Below, piece by piece: positions 53,463 to 61,748 of a DNA stretch of 64,000 bases. The DNA is taken from assembly GCA_963701015.1 (NCBI GenBank), contig OY969556.1:229186-293185 (forward strand), read 5' to 3'. The notes beneath the pieces were generated by a model. That model had not been told where the DNA came from. It saw only the letters and a list, made by a program, of their open reading frames with translations, and ran no database searches. Position 1 is the stretch's first letter; each line of letters begins with the position of its first letter. The stretch is from an uncultured Bacteroidota bacterium. GTDB taxonomy: Bacteria; Bacteroidota; Bacteroidia; Bacteroidales; DTGW01. A program made the translations under genes and the position numbers.

Positions 53463-54137
53463 ATGGCTCATCAACATCATTATGTAATAATCAAAGGTGA
53501 AAATGGCAATCCAAGTCAGCATCCTCTTAAGACTTGGGTAAGACAAAACTTAAATTTTTTACCTCAAGGACTTGACCCCGACTTTCAAACATCTCATAAA
53601 GTTAGACGAATACTATCACAAAACGGGTGGCATTTAGAATTCACAGACACCGAAGTATTTGTTATTAGGCCGGATGACAATGGAAATTTTGATTATACGA
53701 ATAATTATGTTGCAGAAATTCAAAAAGAAGAAGATGATGAAATAATGGAGAATGAAGACGCATATGAAATTACTTTTGGTCTTGAAAAAGATTTACAATC
53801 TGCACTTCGTAAAAATATTGAATCATTAGAAAAAGGACTGACAATTATCGATGATGGGAAAGAGAGAACTACAATAGCTGGCAGAATTGATATTACAGCA
53901 AAAGACAATGCCAATCGGACTGTTATTATAGAACTAAAAGCTGTTGATGCAAAACCAGATGTAATTGCACAAACTTTGGCTTATATGGAAGCGGTAAAAG
54001 CGGAAGACAAAGTTGAAGTACGTGGAATAATTATAACAAGCGGTTTCCCTGACAGGGTTAAATTAGCAGCAAGACAAATTAGTAATTTAAAACTTGTAAA
54101 ATATTCTTTTCAATTTACTTTTAACATTATTGAATAA
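53463..54137 (+). CDS. Protein with C-terminal NucS/EndoMS-like PD-(D/E)xK nuclease domain
   Basis: LEKDLQ..L...GRIDITAKD...VIIELK...Q...Y motif; unknown N-terminal domain. Confidence 0.8.
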   Translation: MAHQHHYVIIKGENGNPSQHPLKTWVRQNLNFLPQGLDPDFQTSHKVRRILSQNGWHLEFTDTEVFVIRPDDNGNFDYTNNYVAEIQKEEDDEIMENEDAYEITFGLEKDLQSALRKNIESLEKGLTIIDDGKERTTIAGRIDITAKDNANRTVIIELKAVDAKPDVIAQTLAYMEAVKAEDKVEVRGIIITSGFPDRVKLAARQISNLKLVKYSFQFTFNIIE

Positions 54138-54193
54138 AATATAACATTACGAATAATGAAAAGAATAGTGTCTCAGATGAAAATTATAAATGC

Positions 54194-54322
54194 CACCAAC
54201 ATCGTCATATAAAATGCGGGTTATAGAGCGGTTCAAGTCTATTGCTTTATAATTATATTTGTTTAGTTGGTTTTATTTTGCAAGTAAATCCCGCACTAAG
54301 TTGTAGTCGGGGAAAGTTATGT
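54194..54322 (+). repeat. attC-like site (complete)
   Basis: CACCAAC-atcgtcatataaaaTGCGGG ... CCCGCA...tagtcggggaaa-GTTATGT; 129 bp. Confidence 0.8.
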
Positions 54323-54349
54323 CGCATTAATAATAAAAATACTGTTACA

Positions 54350-55939
54350 ATGATACAAGATAGATTAATTATGCAGGCTGTTTCAAAAATTCATCAGCGT
54401 GCAGATAGACAAGAAAAAATTGAAAAGATAGTAAATACCTATGTTGAGATAGGTATTTTGCCACAACTATTGAATAAAAATAATCAAATAATTTATGGCA
54501 GACGAGGAACTGGAAAGACTCATATATTAAGAAAACTTGAGGATGATTTAATTAAATCAAAGGATGAGAAAAATCTTGTAACATATATAGATGCAAGATA
54601 TTTGGGAAGTAGCCCCCAATATACTGATACAGCTTCATCTCTTAGAGTTCGCTGTCAATCATTGTTTAATGATGTTCTAAAGGAAATATACTATACAATT
54701 CTTCAACATTTAATTGAATTTCCTAACGAAAACGCAAATCGAGCATTTGATGCACTTGAAAATTTTAATAAATCAAGCAATGTTGAGATTTATTCTTCAA
54801 AATCTATTTCACAAAAAGAACAAATTGCTAATAAGGATAGTTCGAATGCTGGTATAGATATATCTCCAAATACTATTGCAATAAAGTTTGGTGCATCTTC
54901 AATTGAAGAATTAAATAAAGAGCGAACAATTACTTATAGCATAGAAGATGAACAAAAGATTTTATTTCCTGACATTAATTTCTTTCTAAAAAGTGTTCTT
55001 GAATTATCAGATACTAATTTATTCCTTTTATTTGATGAATGGGCTACTATTCCTTTTGATATCCAACCTTATTTGGCTGAATTTTTTAAACGTAGCTTTT
55101 TGCCAAACCAAAGAATTACATTAAAAATTGCATCATTGGAATATAGGTCAAACTTTACAATCCCCAAAGAGAAACATAATTATATAGGTTTTGAATTGGG
55201 TAGTGACATAGCAACTAATTTAGATGTTGATGATTACTATGTTTATGATAGAAATCCAAAGCATATTTCAGATGTATTCGCTGAAATATTATTTAAACAT
55301 ATTGAAAGTGAACTTCCAGAAAATTACTTAATCTCAAATTATAATATCTCAAATTCTAAAAAGTTTATTCAAACTATTTTTACCAATATAAATGTTTTTA
55401 ATGAACTTGTTAGAGCAGCAGAGGGTGTAATTAGAGATTTAATAATTATTTTTTCAATTTCGTTTTTTGATTCTCAAAGATTCAGTCGTAAGAATATTGA
55501 TAAAAAAACAATTATTGAGTCAGCAAGACAATGGTTTGAAAAGGATAAAGCTAAAAATCTCGATGAAAATTTACAAGATATACTAAGAAGAATAGTTGAT
55601 GAAGTTATTGGAACACGCAGAGCTCGTTCTTTTATGATTCCTCGTGATTTAGAGAAACATGATATAATACAAAAATTATTTGATTCAAGGGTTTTGCACT
55701 TAATAAAAAGAGGCTATGCTGATAAAATAAATCCGGGTATAAGATATAATGTTTATACTTTAGATTTTGGTACTTATGTTGACCTTATACAGACAAGTAA
55801 AGAGCCGGAAATTGACTTTACTAATTCAGAAATTAGTGAAAGTGAAGAATTTATTGTACCATTTGATGATAAGAGAAGTATTAGAAGAATAATTCTGACA
55901 GAACAAATTTTTAACGCCCATACTGGCACGAGTTTATAA
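54350..55939 (+). CDS. P-loop ATPase (ORC/CDC6- or STAND-like) of unknown function
   Basis: Walker A GRRGTGKT, Walker B LFLLFDE; start set to ATG 54350. Confidence 0.8.
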   Translation: MIQDRLIMQAVSKIHQRADRQEKIEKIVNTYVEIGILPQLLNKNNQIIYGRRGTGKTHILRKLEDDLIKSKDEKNLVTYIDARYLGSSPQYTDTASSLRVRCQSLFNDVLKEIYYTILQHLIEFPNENANRAFDALENFNKSSNVEIYSSKSISQKEQIANKDSSNAGIDISPNTIAIKFGASSIEELNKERTITYSIEDEQKILFPDINFFLKSVLELSDTNLFLLFDEWATIPFDIQPYLAEFFKRSFLPNQRITLKIASLEYRSNFTIPKEKHNYIGFELGSDIATNLDVDDYYVYDRNPKHISDVFAEILFKHIESELPENYLISNYNISNSKKFIQTIFTNINVFNELVRAAEGVIRDLIIIFSISFFDSQRFSRKNIDKKTIIESARQWFEKDKAKNLDENLQDILRRIVDEVIGTRRARSFMIPRDLEKHDIIQKLFDSRVLHLIKRGYADKINPGIRYNVYTLDFGTYVDLIQTSKEPEIDFTNSEISESEEFIVPFDDKRSIRRIILTEQIFNAHTGTSL

Positions 55940-56087
55940 CACGTGCCCCCGCTGACGCTCACTTGCTAGCGCAAGTGTCCGATTGTGCTAAATATGCTTT
56001 TGAAAAATTCAATAGTTTATTAAAATAAGATAGTACAGGTTAAAAGCTTGAACAGACCCCCGCTGGCGCGAGTTTGTAACGCGTGCC
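55925..56087. repeat. Cluster of three REP-like GC-rich hairpins
   Basis: ggcacgagtttataacacgtgcc (55925), tagcgcaagtgtccgattgtgcta (55967), ccccgctggcgcgagtttgtaacgcgtgcc (~56058). Confidence 0.7.
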
Positions 56088-56225
56088 TCTCTAATCTGCA
56101 TTTATAAATTTATCCATGCTCTTGTAAAATACTAAGTAATTTTTTGAGTAATTCAATTTATATAAGGCTAAACCAACAAAGCCTTTTTTAAATTGTTAAA
56201 ACAGATAATTTAAAACCAAATGCTT

Positions 56226-56969
56226 ATGTGTTACGATGCAAAAGCGCTAATAAGCACCCAGTTAAAAAGGGCAAAAAGGTTTCACAATGTAGAAGCCATT
56301 AAAGAAATTGTAGAAAAACGAAAGGGTTATAATTACTATCATGTTTCGGGCTTTGCACATCCCCGCCTGGTTATTTATACCAATGCCGAACCAACTAAAC
56401 CCACGGCAAGTGTTTGGGGTTTATTGCCAACATGGTCGAAGGATAAGGAGATTTGGAACAATACACTAAATGCCCGGGTTGAAACTATATTCGAAAAATC
56501 ATCCTTTAAAGAGTCGGCAAAGAACAAACGTTGCCTTATTTACCTCGACGGTTTTTACGAACACCAGCATGTGAAAGGTAAAGCATATCCTTATTATATT
56601 CACCGGAACGATAGCGATCATTTGGTTGTTGCAGGTTTATGGAACGATTGGACTGATAAACAAACTGGCGAAATACTAAATACTTTCAGTATAGTTACCA
56701 CAAAGGCAAATAAACTCATGTCAGTTATTCACAACAATCCTAAATTGCCTGAACCACGTATGCCTTTAATTTTGGATGAAAGTTTGGAAGATGTCTGGCT
56801 AAATTTGACAGGTGAATCGGAATTGAAAGATTTAGCCATTTCTATCTCCGACGATAAAATGGAAGCGCATACAGTTCAAAAATTAAAAGGGGCAACCGCA
56901 GTTGGAAATGTGGAGCAGGCAACCGATAAGTTTTTATATCCTGAATTAAGTCCGCCTACATTGTTTTAA
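56226..56969 (+). CDS. SOS response-associated peptidase (SRAP/YedK/HMCES family)
   Basis: N-terminal Met-Cys at 56226, WGLLP, NARVET, GFYE, IH...RMP. Confidence 0.9.
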   Translation: MCYDAKALISTQLKRAKRFHNVEAIKEIVEKRKGYNYYHVSGFAHPRLVIYTNAEPTKPTASVWGLLPTWSKDKEIWNNTLNARVETIFEKSSFKESAKNKRCLIYLDGFYEHQHVKGKAYPYYIHRNDSDHLVVAGLWNDWTDKQTGEILNTFSIVTTKANKLMSVIHNNPKLPEPRMPLILDESLEDVWLNLTGESELKDLAISISDDKMEAHTVQKLKGATAVGNVEQATDKFLYPELSPPTLF

Positions 56970-56985
56970 TGAATTTGCTAATGTG

Positions 56986-57294
56986 TTGAGGCTATTAGCT
57001 ACTCCATCGAAGCTATTAGCTACTGTGTCGAGGCTTTTTGCTACTCCATCGAAGCTATTAGCTACTCTGTCGAAGCTATTAGCTGCTCCATCGAGGCTAT
57101 TAGCTGCTCCATCGAGGCTATTAGCTGCTCCATCGAGGCTATTAGCTACTCCGTCGAGGCTATTAGCTACTCCATCGAGGCTATTAGCTACTCCATCGAG
57201 GCTATTAGCTACTCCATCGAAGCTATTAGTTACTGTGTCGAGGCTTTTTGCTACTCCATCGAAGCTATTAGCTACTCCATCGAAGCTTTTTGCT
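56986..57294. repeat. 21-bp tandem array, about 14.7 units (TCGAGGCTATTAGCTACTCCA)
   Basis: Directly visible; translates as 7-aa repeats. Confidence 0.95.
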
Positions 57295-57339
57295 AAATAT
57301 CCATTTCCAGGAAACTATTTGTCAATTTCTTATTAAAAT

Positions 57340-57545
57340 GATTCGTCCGCATTCCAATATTAGTCGTCCGCACTCAACTAATTCATGTTCCGGTTCAATG
57401 AATACATATTCCTGTTCAATAATTCCTTGTCCCGGTTTGATAATTACATGTTCCGGTTTAATAATTCCTTGTTCCGGTTCAATAAATTCATGTTCCGGTT
57501 TAATAATTACATGTTCCGGTTTAATGTTGAGGTGTCCGCACTGAT
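57340..57545. repeat. Second, more degenerate 21-bp tandem array (ATGTTCCGGTTTAATAATTAC-like)
   Basis: TGTTCCGGTT recurs with a 21-bp period; minus-strand ORF 57322-57552 reads IKPEHVI heptads. Confidence 0.85.
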
Positions 57546-57656
57546 TCATCACATATCCCGGCCAATAAAATTAGAGAGTGTCGAGAGTGTCCGAGAGTGT
57601 CCAAAAAAGTGTGTAAATGATAATATTTTCTATGATTACAAAAAGCCATGATAATT

Positions 57657-57753
57657 ACTACTTTTAGTTGTTGAATACAACTAAAAGTAGTGTAATTACA
57701 ACTGTAAGTAGCTGATTTTTTTTTGATTCAGCACATGCTTCAAAATATCTTTG
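57657..57753 (+). promoter_or_regulatory. Candidate operator (15-bp perfect IR plus a third half-site) and -33/-7 promoter
   Basis: ACTACTTTTAGTTGT-tgaat-ACAACTAAAAGTAGT; ACAACTGTAAGTAG at 57698; TTTG at 57722 and TATCTTTG at 57746 (20-nt spacing). Confidence 0.65.
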
Positions 57754-57781
57754 TTGCATCAAATTTTTAAAAAATGTACTT

Positions 57782-58684
57782 ATGTTAGAAACAAAAAATA
57801 TTGGCAATAAAATTGCCGAAGCACGAAAAAGAATAAATATTTCCCAGGCTGAGCTTGCCCAGCGTTTATTCATCAGTTCTCAGGCTGTAGGTAAATGGGA
57901 GCGGGGCGAATCAATGCCCGACATCACAACTTTTAATCGTCTTGCTGAAATTCTGGGTGTTGACCTTAATTACTTTTCAAATAACTTCCAAACCACGGTT
58001 AATGAAACTACAAGCCTTGAACCGGGTGAAGCTCATTCCACTGAATTGCCAACCGCAAAGCTGAAAAAAAAGATGAGTTGGGATATGTCAGAAGGAAATT
58101 GGGTGGATGCCGACTTTTCCGGTTTAAAAAACCTACATGAAAAGTTCAGTTCATCAAACATGCAGCGCTGCCAGTTTATTGGTTCTGAAATGGCGGGTCT
58201 TCTTCTTAAAAACAATAATGTTATCAGTTGTGACTTTTCAAGCTCCAACATCAGTAGCAGTCATATTCAGAATTCGAACTTAACCAAAAATCAATTTAAA
58301 AACTGTTCGCTAAAAGAAACAGAATTTACAGGAAGCTATATGAACGACTGCGACTTCACAGCTGCCGATTTTACCGGAGCCATATTTAAATCAGGAGGTT
58401 TAGAGAAATGCATAATTGCAAATGCTGTTTGGCGCAGTACCTCATTTATTGATACTTATTTTGGCGACATTATTTTCGAAGGCATAATTGAAGATTGCGC
58501 CTTTGAAAACTGTGGATTTAGAAAGGTTAAATTTCAAAACGCCACACTTATGAATACCTTTTTTAAAAACAATAAGAAGCTGAAACAAGTTGAGTTTATT
58601 AACTGCAAAGTGGATAAAATAACCTATGCTTTTTTACAAAATGGCAATGCCGGTTTAACCGGAGTAACATTACTAACTGAATAA
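57782..58684 (+). CDS. XRE-family HTH regulator fused to a pentapeptide-repeat domain
   Basis: SQAELAQRL..SSQAVGKWERGESMPD; C-terminal DADFS/CDFS/ADFTGAIF five-residue repeats. Confidence 0.88.
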   Translation: MLETKNIGNKIAEARKRINISQAELAQRLFISSQAVGKWERGESMPDITTFNRLAEILGVDLNYFSNNFQTTVNETTSLEPGEAHSTELPTAKLKKKMSWDMSEGNWVDADFSGLKNLHEKFSSSNMQRCQFIGSEMAGLLLKNNNVISCDFSSSNISSSHIQNSNLTKNQFKNCSLKETEFTGSYMNDCDFTAADFTGAIFKSGGLEKCIIANAVWRSTSFIDTYFGDIIFEGIIEDCAFENCGFRKVKFQNATLMNTFFKNNKKLKQVEFINCKVDKITYAFLQNGNAGLTGVTLLTE

Positions 58685-58692
58685 AGGAGGAA

Positions 58693-59469
58693 ATGAATAT
58701 GTTACAAAATGAAATCGCCATTTCGGTTCAGGGTTTGAAAAAATCATTTAAAAACCTTGCTGTGTTGACAGGTGTTGATTTTGAAGTAAAAACAGGAAGT
58801 ATTTTCGCGCTGCTCGGCTCCAACGGTGCAGGCAAAACAACAATTATAAGGATACTTTCAACCTTGTTGAAACACGACAGCGGAAACGCTACCATAAATG
58901 GATTCGATGTTTCGTCGAAACCCGCCAATGTGAGGCAGTCTATCAGTCTTACAGGGCAATTTGCTGCCGTGGATGAAATACTGACCGGGCGTGAAAATAT
59001 TATTTTAATTGCCAAACTACGGCACCTTAACAATCCGCGTCAGCTGGCGAACGATTTGCTTAATCGCTTTAGTTTAACCGAGGCAGCTGACCGCAGGGTG
59101 TCAACTTATTCGGGAGGTATGCGCCGCAGACTTGACATTGCAATGAGCCTTGTGGGAAAACCACCAATTATTTTCCTCGATGAGCCAACCACCGGGCTTG
59201 ACCCCGAGGGGCGCATCGAAGTCTGGACGATGGTAAAAGAGCTTGCTAACAGTGGTACAACTGTATTCCTTACTACCCAGGTTTTGGATGAAGCTGAACA
59301 GCTTGCTGATAGAATTGCAATACTTCACGAGGGAAAAATTATCGTGAACGGCACACTCGCGGAGCTTAAAAAGCTGTTCCCTCCCGCAAAGGTGGAATAT
59401 ATTGAAAAACAGCCAACGTTGGAAGATATATTTCTTGCAATCATTGGCAAAAAAATGGAGGAAAAGTAA
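58693..59469 (+). CDS. ABC exporter ATP-binding protein (DrrA-like)
   Basis: GSNGAGKT, YSGGMRRRLD, FLDEPTTGLD. Confidence 0.93.
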   Translation: MNMLQNEIAISVQGLKKSFKNLAVLTGVDFEVKTGSIFALLGSNGAGKTTIIRILSTLLKHDSGNATINGFDVSSKPANVRQSISLTGQFAAVDEILTGRENIILIAKLRHLNNPRQLANDLLNRFSLTEAADRRVSTYSGGMRRRLDIAMSLVGKPPIIFLDEPTTGLDPEGRIEVWTMVKELANSGTTVFLTTQVLDEAEQLADRIAILHEGKIIVNGTLAELKKLFPPAKVEYIEKQPTLEDIFLAIIGKKMEEK

Positions 59470-60237
59470 ATGGAAACGATAAAAAACTATTTTTTCAGAG
59501 ATTTGGGTGTTATGCTGGGTCGATCCATGCGCCATATTTTTCGAAGTTTGGATACCATTATAACTGTTACCATAACGCCAATTACAATGATGCTGTTATT
59601 CGTTTATGTATTTGGCGGTGCCATTAAAACAGGCACAAGTAACTATGTAAATTATCTGCTTCCCGGAATACTGTTGATAGCGATTGGAAGCGGTATATCC
59701 TATACGGCTTACCGCCTGTTTATTGATATGCAACGTGGCATATTGGAGCGGTTCCACTCTATGCCGATTGCACGTTCAACTGTGCTTTGGGGTCATGTGC
59801 TGACTTCGCTGGTATCAAATGCTATTTCAGTTGTTGTTATAATTCTTGTAGCATTAATTATGGGTTTTCGTTCGTCGGCAGATGTACTCTCATGGCTTGC
59901 TGTGGCTGGTATTCTTACGCTTTTCACACTAGCCTTGACCTGGATAGCTGTGATTGCAGGTCTTTCTGCTAAATCGGTGGACGGAGTAAGCGTCTTTTCC
60001 TATCCATTAATATTCCTGCCGTTTATTAGCTCGGCGTTTGTGCCAACCAAATCGATGCCGTCGGGCGTTCGCGCTTTTGCCGAAAATCAACCGGTGTCCT
60101 CTATAGTAGATACTATACGCGCGTTGCTTTCAAACCAACCTGCCGGTAACGAAATATGGATTGCTCTTGCATGGTGCGTAGTTATTATGCTTGTTGCTTA
60201 TATATTTGCGATGCGCTTATATAAAAGTCGGGTGTAA
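59470..60237 (+). CDS. ABC-2 type exporter permease (DrrB-like)
   Basis: Six TM helices, YLLPGI, ERFHSMPI, SSAFVP, ENQP. Confidence 0.9.
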   Translation: METIKNYFFRDLGVMLGRSMRHIFRSLDTIITVTITPITMMLLFVYVFGGAIKTGTSNYVNYLLPGILLIAIGSGISYTAYRLFIDMQRGILERFHSMPIARSTVLWGHVLTSLVSNAISVVVIILVALIMGFRSSADVLSWLAVAGILTLFTLALTWIAVIAGLSAKSVDGVSVFSYPLIFLPFISSAFVPTKSMPSGVRAFAENQPVSSIVDTIRALLSNQPAGNEIWIALAWCVVIMLVAYIFAMRLYKSRV

Positions 60238-60496
60238 ATATTGTTTCGTTGCTAATATTTGGCTCAATAGCGAATGCGTTTGTTTGTGCTAAAATGCGTT
60301 TGCAGACATCAATAGAATATTTAAATAAGGCCGAAAGAGCTAATAGCCTGAACTGGTAATTTAAAACCTACTTTGGTGCATATATTTCGCTTATGTTTAC
60401 AAGTATTTCAACCTATCTTTTTTATAAAAACAAAATGTCCTTTTTAGCAAGGATATTTTGTTAATTTCAAAGAAACAATTCATTTATACCAGTTTC

Positions 60497-60718
60497 TTAC
60501 ATCATTTTTTTCTTCATCATTGTCGTGTCCTTTTTCATTTTCATGTCATTGTGTTTCATGTCTTTTTTGGAATTATGCATCATGCCCTTTTTCATTTTTG
60601 TGGTGTCGTTCATGCTTTTCATATCATCCTTTTTCATGGTAGATTGGCTATAAACGGAGTTGGCAAATGCAATTAATCCAATGATAAGGATTGCGGTGAT
60701 CATTTGTTTTGTTTTCAT
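60497..60718 (-). CDS. Small secreted Met/Lys-rich (MxKDx-like) peptide
   Basis: Signal peptide, then 13 Met in about 49 residues; co-oriented after msrAB. Confidence 0.75.
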   Translation of the reverse strand: MKTKQMITAILIIGLIAFANSVYSQSTMKKDDMKSMNDTTKMKKGMMHNSKKDMKHNDMKMKKDTTMMKKKMM

Positions 60719-60774
60719 GTAAATAAATTTTAAGCGTTAATAATTAGGAATGTTTAAATGAAAATTATTTTATA

Positions 60775-61731
60775 TTAAAACCTTTTTGTATATCCGTGAC
60801 AATAAGGTGTCTGCCCTTCTTTTTCATAATATTGCTGATGGTATTCCTCTGCTTTCCAAAAGGTAGTTGCAGGGTCAACCCGGGTAGCAATTTTGTAACC
60901 TTTTTGCTGTAAAATGGATATAAGGTTTTCTGCAATTTCTTTCTGTGAGTCGTTCCGATAAAAAACTTCCGACCTATACTGCTCTCCAATATCGGGTCCC
61001 TGGCCATCAACCTGTGTTGGGTCGTGAATTTCGAAAAACATTTTAGCTACCTTTTCATAGTCGGTTTTTTGGGTATCGAAAACAACCATAACAGCCTCAG
61101 CATGGCCTGTTGTGTGGGTGCAAACATCTTTGTAAGTCGGGTGTTCGGTATGACCTCCGGTATAACCAACTTCTGTTGAAATAACGCCATTAATTTTGTG
61201 CATATAATATTCAACACCCCAAAAACAGCCACCGGCAAAAATTGCAGTGTCGTTAGTTGAAGCCTTGTTATAATTAAAAGGTATGAAATCAAGAGAAATT
61301 GAATTTACACAATGGCGCGTGTTCTTGGGTGTAAACCCTTCGCCCATGAAAACATGGCCCAGGTGTGCACCACATCTTGCACATACAATTTCAGTTCGCA
61401 TTCCATCGGGGTCAGGTATTCGTTTTATTGCCCCTTTTATTTCATCATCAAAAGCCGGCCATCCACAACCTGCATTGAATTTATCTTTCGACCTGTATAG
61501 CTCTGCACCGCAGCGTCTACAAACGTAGGTACCATCTTCGTAAAAATTATCATATTTACCGGTAAAAGGTGTCTCGGTTTGTTTGTAAACAATTACATCT
61601 TCTTCCTCTTTAGTAAGTGTTCTGTAATTTGGATTGGTCTGCTCATTTGTATTTTGTGCTATTTTTTGCTTGCTTTGCGCGCACCCTGATACTGTTACCA
61701 TCAGAAATGCCAGTAAAATTAAATTTTTCAT
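60775..61731 (-). CDS. msrAB: Bifunctional peptide-methionine sulfoxide reductase MsrB/MsrA (exported)
   Basis: Lipobox VSGC; GCGWPAF, HLGHVF, RHCVNS (MsrB); GGCFWG, EEYHQQY (MsrA). Confidence 0.93.
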   Translation of the reverse strand: MKNLILLAFLMVTVSGCAQSKQKIAQNTNEQTNPNYRTLTKEEEDVIVYKQTETPFTGKYDNFYEDGTYVCRRCGAELYRSKDKFNAGCGWPAFDDEIKGAIKRIPDPDGMRTEIVCARCGAHLGHVFMGEGFTPKNTRHCVNSISLDFIPFNYNKASTNDTAIFAGGCFWGVEYYMHKINGVISTEVGYTGGHTEHPTYKDVCTHTTGHAEAVMVVFDTQKTDYEKVAKMFFEIHDPTQVDGQGPDIGEQYRSEVFYRNDSQKEIAENLISILQQKGYKIATRVDPATTFWKAEEYHQQYYEKEGQTPYCHGYTKRF

Positions 61732-61748
61732 TGCTTTAATTATTATTT

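Larger units (their letters stand above)
33383..55947 (+). mobile_element. Integron-like gene cassette array with no integrase in the window (CALIN-like); densest at 43.5-56 kb
   Basis: Repeated attC-like palindromes between co-oriented unrelated genes; complementary cassette ends. Confidence 0.7.

Noticed and set aside
33383-56200. Integron integrase or other tyrosine recombinase gene
   Set aside because: No ORF with the R...HxxR...Y catalytic pattern was found in the window, so the array cannot be called a complete integron.
56986-57545. CRISPR array
   Set aside because: Units are contiguous 21-bp tandem repeats with no unique spacers, and there are no cas genes in the window.
57574-57602. 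GAGAGTGTC(C) x3 direct repeat
   Set aside because: Real but very short; no function can be supported beyond local slippage.
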